Of a stretch of 64,000 nt of DNA, positions 23,601 through 35,100 are shown piece after piece; within the stretch, counting starts at the first letter, position 1, and every line of letters begins with the position of its first letter. The stretch lies in assembly GCA_002269645.1 (NCBI GenBank), contig NIVC01000390.1, positions 186,001 through 250,000 on the forward strand, in the 5' to 3' direction. The notes beneath the pieces were generated by a model. It searched no databases and had not been told where the DNA came from. It saw nothing but the letters and a program-made list of their open reading frames with translations. Made by a program: the position numbers and the translations under genes. Source of the stretch: Macrostomum lignano. Taxonomy: Eukaryota.

Positions 23601-26600
23601 CACTGAGGGCTTGGAAATCCACTGAGGGCTTGGGAATCCACTGATTGGTTGGGAATCCACTGATTGGTTGGGAATCCACTGAGGGGTTGGGAATCCACTG
23701 AGGGCTTGGGAATCCACTGAGGGCTTGGGAATCCACTGATTGGTTGGGAATCCACTGAGGGGTTGGGAATCCACTGAGGGCTTGGGAATCCACTGAGGGC
23801 TTGGGAATCCACTGATTGGTTGGGAATCCACTGATTGGTTGGGAATCCACTGAGGGGTTGGGAATCCACTGAGGGCTTGGGAATCCACTGAGGGCTTGGG
23901 AATCCACTGATTGGTTGGGAATCCACTGAGGGGTTGGGAATCCACTGAGGGCTTGGGAATCCACTGAGGGGTTTGGAATCCACTGAGGGGTTGGGAATCC
24001 ACTGAGGGGTTTGGAATCCACTTAAGGGGTTGGGAATCCACTGGTTGGGAATCCACTGATTGGTTGGGAATCCACTGATGGGTTTGGGAATCCACTGATG
24101 GGTTTGAGAATCCACTGATGGGTTTGGGAATCCACTCAAGGGATGGGAATCCACTGAGGGGTTGGGAATGCACTGATGGGGTTGTGAATCCACTGAGGAG
24201 GTTGGGAATCCACTGATGGGGTTGGGAATCCACTGAGGGGGTTTTTGGAATCCACTGAGAGTTGGGAATCTGCTAAAGCTACACAATCTTATTAACAAAA
24301 TAACAAGTAGCATTTTTACTTGACAGGCTCTAGAAATCGTGCCCAACGCGAGATGCGAAAGCACGCGGTTGTCTGCTTGCTGCGCCTCTGCAAGACCTGG
24401 CCAGACGGTGTGCTGCCGCTGCTCAACGAGTACTGCACTGAAGTCACCCAGCTGTGCCAGTTGGACCAGCTCAGTGTTTTCGAGAGCGCTTCGCTTATTG
24501 AGTCGGTTGTACTGCTCAGGTTGGTTAATTAGTTGACTCTATTAACCTTGTTAACTCCTAGATCCCCAAAGATTTCCCCAATTTCGACAATTTCCCCATA
24601 AATTCCGACAATTTTCATCAAACAATTCCCAGATCCCCAACTTTGATCCAGATCCATCAATTCCCATATCCCCAAATTTGATCGACCAATTCGGAATTTG
24701 ATAAACTTCCATATCCTCGAAGAATCATTTATATAAATTCCTAATCATTCTTCAGAACCCTGGCTAAAATTCTTTTTTGATATTATATAATTTAGTGTTC
24801 ATGTTCTTTTTTCTTACTAACAGTAAACTATAAGATTTTGTGACCAATTTTTGTTAACTCCAGCAATCATTTGCCCGAGTTAAGCAGCCGGCGTGCAACC
24901 ATCGAAGGAATTATGTTGACCACAATGGAGCAGTGGCTCGCTCCGGACCTCAGCGGGGCTCTGTCCGATCCCGCGCGATTCCTCCGCGCCATCGGCCTTG
25001 ACAGGCCGACCGCCGATTCTGTAGCCAATTTTCAGGCTGGTCGAATTCAGCTTCATCAGTGCTTGATGACCATCTACAATGCCGTACGAAGCTGCTCCGC
25101 ACCAACGGATGGACATGCGTCGCCTGTTGCCGAGCTGGCTGGCCGAGCCTGGCCAAATCTGTTGCGCTTCGCGCACTGCCTGCATTGCCTGCACACGCCA
25201 GCAATGCGGGCTCTGTTTCACCCGGATTATAGTCGCGTTTTCGATTTGGACAACTGTCAAAAGTGCCAAATAATGGGTATACCCTATTCGCGTAAACGGG
25301 CGGAGGATGGCGAAGCCGAATCGGCTGGCAAGACGCCAATTCAAAAGATGCACACGTTTCTAACCGAGGCGCATAGCACTGTGTAAGTTTTAATGTTTTA
25401 CAGTATAAAATTGGGAATCGCAGCCCAGCTATGCAGCGGCTCAGTGGTCTAGGGGTATGATACTCGCTTAGGGTGCGAGTGGTCCCGGGTTCAAATCCCG
25501 GCTGAGCCCGAATTTTTTAGCAATTTTTCTAATATTTTTTCCTGTCGCATTGTTGCAAATTAAAACTCCTAATATATTGCAATGGCTATTAAAAACCGAA
25601 TTTTATTTTCCTTACCTTTTCCTTTTCCTTTTCTCCATAGTTTTCCTTCATTTGTTTATATGTATTTATGCGTTTGCCTTAATTAAGAATTTTTTCCTTA
25701 TTTTCACAGCTACTATAAGTAGACACAATGCGTTTTCCTAGAAAATTGCATTTTTAAACCATTTTTAAATTATCAATAAATTAATCTGATTTCAAAAGGC
25801 AGGTAAATTTTATATGCTCAGACGGGAATTGTAATTTGAATCTAGTTTTCTCTTTACGTACGGAAGCAATTCAGTTGTATGCAAGTTTTGCTATCCGATA
25901 TGTATCGAAAAGATGGTTTGCAAAGCATTGTTTTCGACAGAATTTTATTATAAACTATCTCCTAAGAGTATAATTTTTCCTTGCTTACAAATAGAAAATT
26001 TTAAAACTTATAAAACAGTTAGATTTAACTTTAACAGTTTAACAGTTTAACAGAAACAGTTAACTTATAAAACAGCAAACAGTTAGATTATGGTGTTTAT
26101 TAATTCATTCAAAACCTTTTATTTCCATACATATATTTCCACAGGCTTCGAGCAATCGCTCATACTTACAAATCGGTGCCTGACATTGTTGACGATTGGC
26201 AGCTAGCTGAGCACCTGGCATCCGAATCGGATCTACCGCATTTGCCGGATCTTTTACTAACTGATGTCATTCGCAGTCTGTCAAGCGTGGCAGTTCGTGA
26301 CCGGCCAGCCGTCACAGGCGAACTGGCTGGCCACTTCTGCCGACGTCTGCTCGACCACACCCTGGCCCGGCTCAACGAGCGCTGGACGGCGTTTGCGGCC
26401 AATAGCAACGACAATGACAACAATTGCGGCGACGCCGACGGCGAGGGCGACGGAGATGGCGACGCCGACCTTTCTGACGAGGTTATATCCGAGCAGTGCC
26501 TCCGTCGGCTTAGCCGAGCTTTCCTAGACCTGCTGCACTGCTTGCTGCTGTGCGGCCGCACAGGCGGAGGCGGCCTTAACCAGGGCACAGCTGCGAGTGC

Positions 26601-27906
26601 GATGGATTCCAGTTCAACATTGCCGGTGCCGCTGGTGGAGCGGGAGCCGCAGCTGGCTGCCGGAGTCCTCACCTGCCTGTACGAGGCCATCGCCTGGCCC
26701 GATGGTCCCGCCAGTCAGCGGGCGGCCGTCTGGGCCGGGCCGGTCACTCGCCAACTGGCCGGTCAGCTGGCCGCCGACTCGGACGCTCCTCGTCGCCTAC
26801 TAATGCAGGTACTGCGAGCGCTGCATCAGCACGGCGCCTCAGGCGAAGCTGCCGTAGCCTGCCTAGTGCAGCTGTTCCTGTGCCTGTACGACTGCTTCCA
26901 CAGAGCCGATGCCTTCCGCACCGGCCTGGCCGAGTGGACCCGGCAGCCGGCCGCTAAACTGGAAGAATTAGACAGCCGGCTGGGACTGCGTCCGGGTAGT
27001 CGGCCAGTGGCCGAGAAAACTAAACGCGACGTTGCCCGGCGCTTTCTGGAATCCGTTATTGGGGTGAGGTTCACTTTATTCGCCACAAATCACAACAAGT
27101 TGCTTGTTCGGAAAAGGGCCGTTTTTCTTTAACTATAAGTACTTTAACTATATATTACTTTACGTTAATCAATATATTTAAGATTATATTGGTTCGAGCA
27201 TGATCACGACAAGTCACAACTAATGACTGTGGGGTATGGGGAGTGTGGGGTATTGGGTGTGGGGTATGGGTAATGTTGGGTATGGGGAGTGTAGGGTCCT
27301 AGGATCCTCGGGATTTACCAACCCGATTTTGATCATATAAACCCCCTGCAGACTAGCAGTCCTCTCTACTGAGTATTTATTTCGTCTTTGCCCTTATCGT
27401 GTGGGGATGCGTGACTATTCTTACCAATCTAGTTGGTATATCTAGTTTTGAAGTAGTCTAACCTTTGTTAATGCTTTCCGACCAAGTCTACGAGTCTCTG
27501 ATCTTTGATTTTAGTCAACTTCTGTGCATAGGCTACATGTAGTGAGCGCAGATATCTGCCGAGTCTGTTGGTTTTGACCATTTAGGCAACTAGCTTGGAA
27601 CTAATGAAGGCCTAGATTTCTTTTTACAATGTACTACGAGTATTATTGTTCAGTGCAGATTTAAATAACTTACTTAGCAATTTCTGTTTCATGAGAAGTT
27701 CTTTCGTATTCACAGTGCCGAATTCACTACTCGAACCATTGCAGAAGCCGCTCAGTGAGCAGTTCAAGCTGGCGCAGAACTATAAAAACTTGCCGCCTCT
27801 GTTTAAAGCTGCCTGGCGACGAAAGCGCACTGAGGACGCCAACGGGCGGGAGAATTTAGACGGGATTGTTTCACTGTTTGCCAGCGTCGAAAATGCCGCT
27901 TCGTAA
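14604..27906 (+). CDS. XPO5: Exportin-5 (importin-beta family dsRNA/pre-miRNA export receptor), 13 exons, 1154 aa
   Basis: Exons 14604-14690, 16839-17138, 17520-17702, 18348-18563, 18653-18732, 19395-19485, 19586-19654, 22212-22466, 22999-23389, 24327-24519, 24864-25382, 26145-27063, 27745-27906. All are GT-AG and phase-compatible (3465 nt). Diagnostic motifs: IVELVKREWPQHWP, LRLSEDV..FQNVPQQRRKDI, QFDSDDDY..FF, KPLSEQFK...KNLPPLF. Confidence 0.93.
17180..17470 (-). mobile_element. SINE-like retroposon, copy 1 (in XPO5 intron 2)
   Basis: The reverse complement shares ctcgattccaag, aattggaatctcggct, aataaagttagggctgctgtacact, a 3' hairpin and an A-rich tail with the copies at 40657 and 59081. 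Confidence 0.75.
17790..18050. repeat. CT-rich low-complexity tract
   Basis: (ctcct)n-like; explains ORFs 17731-17973 and 17791-18090. Confidence 0.85.
18790..19320. repeat. 34-bp minisatellite (XPO5 intron 5)
   Basis: Unit gggtcactgtcacccctcactctgttgcctcagt, ~15 copies. Confidence 0.95.
19676..22150. repeat. 35-bp minisatellite with higher-order structure (XPO5 intron 7), ~70 copies
   Basis: Unit cagtagatctggtgtctagatctatatacagattg, with recurrent variant units. Confidence 0.97.
22490..22920. repeat. 24-bp minisatellite (XPO5 intron 8)
   Basis: gattgggttgagctaatgcctcaa units; source of the DWVELMPQ tail of ORF 22137. Confidence 0.93.
23482..24270. repeat. ~20-bp minisatellite (gggttgggaatccactga) (XPO5 intron 9)
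   Basis: Directly visible; source of the minus-strand repeat ORFs. Confidence 0.93.
25438..25509 (+). tRNA. tRNA-Pro: tRNA-Pro (anticodon AGG), in XPO5 intron 11
   Basis: GGCTCAGTGGTCTAGGGGTATGATACTCGCTTAGGGTGCGAGTGGTCCCGGGTTCAAATCCCGGCTGAGCCC, 72 nt. Perfect 7-bp acceptor stem GGCTCAG/CTGAGCC, anticodon arm CTCGC-TTAGGGT-GCGAG, canonical T-arm, and a T6 Pol III terminator 4 nt downstream. Confidence 0.97.
27228..27298. repeat. G-rich (ggggtat/ggggagtgt) tract, potential G-quadruplex
   Basis: Multiple G3-G4 runs in the last XPO5 intron; complementary in style to the C-rich ccccata tracts in bark introns 4-5. Confidence 0.6.
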
Positions 27907-30499
27907 TGGCGTTGGCGACTGTCTGATGACTAACAAATTTACACGTATTGTCATTTATGTTTTCTGTAGCATTTAGTGCATGCTATACTTTGTTGCTATG
28001 CGATTTAATTTAATTTTGAATTGATCAAAGGTGCGAAACAGTGTTGTATGATGCATCTTATCTATGCTAGTGCTGATTTAAAATTATGAAACTATGATTT
28101 AATAATGGGTCCGTTATGTAAGACTGTCTTAAAGTGGTTTCTACTTCTAATCTATTGAAACCGCTGTTTGTCTTTACTGTTGTGTACGTACTTTTTGATT
28201 AATTTATTAACCAGTTCCGCATTGTCCGGCGTTTGAAAAAAGTTATTGTATTTAATTTAATGCCGTCTCGTTTCACGTATTTTTGTGTTGTACACCAAAA
28301 TGGAAATTCGCCCTTGCATTTTGCAAGTCAATTTTTTAAATACCCTGTGTTGCCGCTGTTGCACTGTGATTATTTATCTGAATGTGCAAAATATAATGCC
28401 ACGATTCTGTTCGTATACCCCGGACATCCTTTTATGTCCATTCTTCAGCAAAAAAAAACTAAATCGTATTGAGGCTTTATGCTTTGTTGAATGATGTCCA
28501 TGGTAAAAAATTAAATCTGTCTAGGGTTTTAATAGTGAGCAATGTATTTGCCACCAGCGCAAGAGTAAAACAAAGTGCAGTAAAACAAAGTGTAGCACCT
28601 CGGATTGCGGTAGAAATACGAGTGGAGTTAGCCACAGGCACAGTGTGTGCTAGCACAGTTACGAAACTATACGAACTCATCGGATGCGCTGTGATATTTT
28701 CGTCGCCTGCAATACGCCCAGCTCCCCGTCCTTGAATCGAATTGTCACGCATATGCGTGGTCATAATACATTAAAAAACTTTATGCTGGAAACATTTATA
28801 TAAAAGCTTAGAAAATTATTAGATTTTACCTGCACTAACGTAGTATTTCTCCCTTTGTGGAGGCCGAAGGAAGCGTAGCGAATCATTTCAGATAAATTAC
28901 ATTCGGAAAACTTCGGTTTTAACAGGTATTTCTTTCTGGTTATAAGAAATTCAACAAGTAAAAGGGCCTAAGTTTAATTTTAAAGTGCGATATTTTCTGT
29001 CTGACAAAGTGGAAGGAGTTTTTTAAAAAACATTAATTTTTCTTAATATAACATTAATTCTTTCCTGATATACCAGTTTTTGCGTCATTACAAATTCATT
29101 CAATTATTAGAAATTACTTCCCTATTGGGGAGTATTCAGTCAAGAAGCAGCATTATAATGATAATAAATCATTATAATTTATTTTTAATTTTATATTCAA
29201 TTGCCTATTTGTCTTTGGTTTCACTTTTGGTTCAAGTAAATTGAAGTAATCCTAGCCTCTTCTCATGCTGTGCCTGTAAATGCTACATGAAGCAAGATGA
29301 TCTTAATTCATGTCAATTAAGTTCAGTAATCAACTTAGTTCAATGAAATAGTTCAATGAATGTAAATATTTTAGTTGATATTGATATTAATAATCGTAAA
29401 TGAAATATGATTTATATTTAATGTCTATCAAATGTTGAAAGTATTTTTTTAATCAAGACTGAGTATACTACCAACCAACTAGAATAAATAGGCCTATTTG
29501 AGGCTCGATAAAATAGTTAAAATAACACATTTAGGCAATCTTGCAGTTTGTTTCGGGTAATTATTTTTAGGTTTCAATTCATACAAATGACAGCTTCTGT
29601 GTCATCTTTAATAGTCTAGTCTATGACTGTAGCTAAACTTTCAAGTTTTTTAGTTAATCTTAATAGAGTTTATTACTTTTCGCCATAGACTATCAAAAAT
29701 AACACAGAAGTCATCTTTTGTACAAATTCAAGCTTTAAAAAATATTAACAAAAAATTGCAAGATTGACCATATTTTTTTTGCATTTTTAATGATATAAAC
29801 TACAATGATCATTTAATATATTATAAAACATTGGCACAATAGTGCTATTTCAGAAGAGTGCAAAAATTCACTATTTTTGGAATTTTTAGGGATGATGCTA
29901 ATTTTTTATGTGATAAATCTATGAGAAATAAGCTTTTTGACACCAAATATAAAAAAATGCTAATTAGGTTCATTAATAATTAATAAAGGACCTTTTTACT
30001 TAACTCATACAATCAGTGCCCAAAATTTAGTAATTTTAACAACTCAAAACATGCCAGGTAATAAACTCTTAGGCTATAAAATCTTAGGCTTATATGACAA
30101 AATTATGAATTTTTTACATTATACTAAAATTAGGCTAAACAATTTATTTTACAATTTAAGTATTAGTTATATTGCAAACATTTTTTCAAGCACAATAATC
30201 AAATTAGGCATTATAGGTACAGTTGCTAATAAATATTAGAAATTGGTTAGTAAGATTAAATTTTTAGACATAATTAAAATAAGATATTTTAATTTGTAAA
30301 TTAATTTATTGTAAATATTTATTAAGAAATATATAAAAAGTACTAATTTAACCATATCACAAAAGGTTGTTTTACTAAATATGCAATAAGAGAAGGAAGG
30401 GCATAAAAAGCAGGAATTAAAAATTAGTAGGCCTCCTATAGATAGCCTACATTGGTGTAGGTATAGATGGCAATAATTATGTTAGTGTTTCTAGCCTGA

Positions 30500-31605
30500 A
30501 TAGCTGCCTAGAGTCAACAAAAGATGCAAACATGGATCCTTCATTCCCCAGAATAAGCCTGGATATAGTCTGAAGAGTGACATTTACTTCTAGGGTACAG
30601 GGGCCAAAGGTGCCTAATAGTTTCTATATTGACCAGGTAGAAGTTGTGGTGATTGCCCAAATCTATGTATTTGGCTGATTTGCAAGCCTTGGCCAAGGTG
30701 GCAGCTATGGAAGATAGGAAGGCTGGCAGGGCTAAGTCTAAGGGTGCACAGATTACAATGCCTCCCAGACCTAGTGGTAGAACAATCTATAGCCAAGCTC
30801 AAGGATCAAGATGGACATTCAGGGCCCATTCTTGTGTTAAGCAGGGCCTCATTGTAGTCTATAAGGGCTACTGGGTCCCTGAAAAAGTGCTTACATGCAG
30901 CTTGTACCCAGCGTGCAGGTGGCCTAGCCAGACCTGCAGGAAAGGCTAGGAAATCATGCCAGTCAATGCAGTAGAGCCACTCAGTCATAGTGCATAGACT
31001 ATTTGTATGTTTAGCTAATATAGAGGTGACAGCTAAGGAGCTAATAGTGGCATCAAGGAAAGTAGCACATCTGTGCAAATGGATAGCACAAAGCAGGCAT
31101 TGTTGGACATGGACTTATATTTTGTCTTGTTTAAGTGAAGCTTAATGGCTGCCATGGTGTCCTTGGTATGCTGAGCCTCAGCTACAACTTGGTCTGTGGG
31201 GCCACCATTGTGCCATTGTCCAGATACCAAATAGCCAGGTGGGCAGTCCCAGAGTGTAAAATGTCACAAAGGGCAAACAGGAGTGGGCCTAGCCAGTGGG
31301 TCTCCCTGTTGTACTCCGCAGGTAGAGTTGAGTTTGTGCTCGCCAAACAGCAGGACAGATTTGCTGATGTCCTGCTGCAGCTCAATAAGATGGTTAAGCT
31401 GCAGCAGGTGGTTGGTGACAATGCCAATGAAAATGCTATTGAAAACAGAGTTAAAGGCATTGATGAAATCAAGATTTAGGAGGCCCCAGTTACTATCTGA
31501 TGATTCTGCATGGATGATAGCTTCTGCCCCTCCCTGGCATGCTAAAGCCAAGTTATGCAAGGGCTAGCACATTGATGGCCTCAGACTAGACAGCAGTGCA
31601 GCACC
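30500..31605 (-). mobile_element. Decayed non-LTR retrotransposon reverse transcriptase, CRE-clade-like
   Basis: Ordered RT motifs across frameshifts: GGAEAIIHA, LDFINAFNS, GVQQGDPL, WYLDNGT (YLDD mutated), LHLNKTK, LPLGLGGI..LALPAFLSS. Confidence 0.8.
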
Positions 31606-32103
31606 AGGCTTTTTTATTTAATTTAACATTTAATCTAAAATGTTTATTATCTATTATATTAGAATAATATTTAGTATATTTAGATTATATAAATATTTAA
31701 AATCTACTAATTGTATGTACAAATAATTGTGTTAAAAATATACAAACAAAACTAAGCTAATGCATTGCTACAAGTATATAACTAAAGTAATTTATAATGA
31801 ATAATTTTATTTTATTTTAACAATTCTTACTTGTTTGAGTTTGTACACTTTTATGTAGATTATATAAAAGATTGCTAAGTTTTGAATTGAAATAAAAGCA
31901 AGTAGCGCGCAAATAGAATATATAGAATATAAAATCGGAAGCTATGACCTATGAGTATAGTAATTAAGAAGCAATTTTTTAAGTCTATTGAACCCCTATT
32001 CTTTTCTTTTTTACTGGGCTACAATAAAGGCATATTTGATTTATTATAGGAAATAACTACCAAGAAAAAAGGTGCAAAGATCAAACTTTGCACAAAGTTT
32101 TAA

Positions 32104-35100
32104 ATGGCATCACCATGGATTCTACAATGGCTACTGGTTGTATTGGCACTCTGCCAACTGGGCAGTTCTGAGACAGCTTTACCCAATAGAATCGATGTCA
32201 ACACCCGCTGGGACCTGGCTCGTAGTCCCTACATAGCCACTACAGACGTGATCATTCCAGAGAGTGTGACAGTCACTGTGGATCCTGGAGTGGAAATCCG
32301 GCTGGCTGCACAACGCCGATTGCAAGTTTTTGGCACCATTTCTGCCAAGGTTTGCAGGCTTCAATAGTTAATTTTACTTTTATGAATGTGTTTTAATGCC
32401 TCTGATGACGAGACATTTGGTTTGATAAGCATGTCAAGCTATTGCTGCAGTTTGCTCACATGGTACAGCTATGTTGCACTCTTAAAATCGAATTCAATAG
32501 TCAATCACGTGACTTGCTTCTAATTGGCTGAACCTACAGTCAAATATTCTCTTTTATCGCGTGCCTTGCTTCTAATTGGCTGAACCTACAGTCACATATT
32601 CTCTCTTATCGCGTGCCTTTCTTCCGATTGGCTGAGCTCCAGTCGCATATTCTCTCTCATCACGTGACTTGCTTCTAATTGGCTGAACCTCCAACCACAT
32701 ATTCTCTCTTATCACGTGCCTTGCTACCGTTTAGCTGAACCTCCAGTCACATATTCTCTCTCATCACGTGACTTGCTTCTAATTCGCCGAGCCTCCAGTT
32801 GCATATTCTCTCTAGGAAAATGAGTCTACCAAGCGCATTATACGCTTACAATATTCAGGGCACAGCAACGCAGCGCATCACCATGACTAAAGTCAGCCCG
32901 TCAGCGGATCCCGGCTACGTTGTGCCAAAGGCGCTGCGCCTTGTCCATGGCTTCACCTACGAGGTTCGCGACGGCTGGGCGCAAGGGTTTTATAAAAACC
33001 GGTGGCGTAACATCTGCAGCCGGAACAGAGAGTGAGTTAAATGATAAGCGCCTTTTGTTATGTCGACATTCTAAGCGTTTTTAATAAGTCAAACTACAAA
33101 AACTTATCCAGCTGGTCCAAAATTGACTGTCGCGTGGCCTGTCGCGAACTGGGATTCTCGGACGGCAATTTCACTCTGCTATCAGTGGCTGAGAATTACA
33201 CAACTGGCATTGTTTATACCGCGCCCGCTTGCCATGGCAACGAGTCCAGCATATTCGATTGTCCAGGCGCTCGCGACATCGAAATGGGCTGGGACGTCTG
33301 CCACATCCAAGAGCTGGTGGGGCTCTACTGCTGGGGCGCCAACATGGACAAGTTCAAGGACCACTGGTGGGGCATCGAGGTTAGTAAAGTTCAGCTGAGC
33401 TGATACTCACACCCCACTCCGCCACCTCACTCCCACCTAATTCCTACTAACGTACCCACCTCACTCCGCCTACTCACCTAACTCACTCCGCCTATGCACC
33501 CACCTCACTCCGCCTATGCACCCACCTCACTCCACCTACGCACCTAAATCACTCCGCCTACGCACCTACCTCACTCCACCTACGCGCCTAACTCACTCCG
33601 CCTACGCACCCACCTCACTCCGCCTACTTACTCACCTAACTCACTCCGCCTACGCACCCACCTCACTCCGCCTACGCACCCACCTCACTCCGCCTACACA
33701 CCCACCTCACTCCGCCTACGCACCCACCTCACTCCGCCTACGCACACATCTCACTCCGCCTACGCACACATCTCACTCCACCTACGCACCCACCTCATTC
33801 CGCCTACGCACCCACCTCACTCCGCCTACGCATCCACATCACTCCGCCTACACACCCACCTCAATCCGCCTACGCACCCACCTCACTCCGCCTACGCACC
33901 CATTTCACTCCGCCTACGCATCCACATCACTCCGCCTACACACCCACCTCAATCCGCCTACGCACCCACCTCACTCCGCCTACGCACCCATTTCACTCCG
34001 CCTACGCACCCACCTCACTCCGCCTACGCACCTATTTCACTCCGCCTACGCACCTATTTCACTCCGCCTACGCACCTATTTCACTCCGCCTACGCACCTA
34101 TTTCACTCCGCCTACGCACCTATTTCACTCCGCCTACGCACCCCTCACTACGCATTTCTCCGCCGCCAGATGTACAACGCCACCAGGCAGCTGCAGTCGC
34201 TGCACACGCCCAATACCCAGATGAATCGGTCGCGTTCCGAGTTCGAATTCGTGGACATCATGTACGCCGGCGTCAACACCACTCTGCACAATGTTGCCGC
34301 CTTCAGCGCCAGCCCCTATCCGCCCTTCCTGCTCAACATGCGCTTCATGCACAACGCATTTGACGCTATTAACCTCACCCAGATCAAAGGCCCCGTCCGG
34401 ATCTGGGACAGCGAATTCGCCAATAATCGCGGCCACGGATTCCACGTTCAGACCGCCGTCGGCATGGTGGACCTACGCCGCGTGCGCTCGCACGACAACG
34501 GCGGCGACGGTGGCGTCGTCAGGATGATGGACTATCACTGGCAGGAGATCGAGGAGGAGATCACGCAGTCCGATACGGTCAGTCCTAGCTAAGCTCTTGT
34601 TTCACTTAGACATGCGAAGTTCCCCATATTTCATATTTCCCGTATCCTACATATTTTTGACACCCTTAATTCTCCAAATCTCACACTCTCCATCCCCACA
34701 TCCCCATACCACACATTTCCATACCCCATATCCCCATAACCCGCATCCCCATAGCCCACATCCCCAGGGGCGTCGCCATGGATTTAATGGTGGGGGGACA
34801 AAGCCAATAATTCTACATGTACATTTTCATGACTAAATTTCTACATTTCCATTATTTTGAGAATCGTGTTGTCAGCGCTCATTTTGGCGCCATAGGCACT
34901 CATTTTGGCGCCTTAGGCACTCAGTTTGGCGCCTTAGGCACTCAGTTTGGCGCCGAAGGCACTCATTTTGGCGCCATAGGCACTCATTTTGGCGCCTTAG
35001 GCACTCAGTTTGGCGCCTTAGGCACTCAGTTTGGCGCCGAAGGCACTCATTTTGGCGCCATAGGCACTCATTTTGGCACCATAGGCACACAGTTTGGCGC

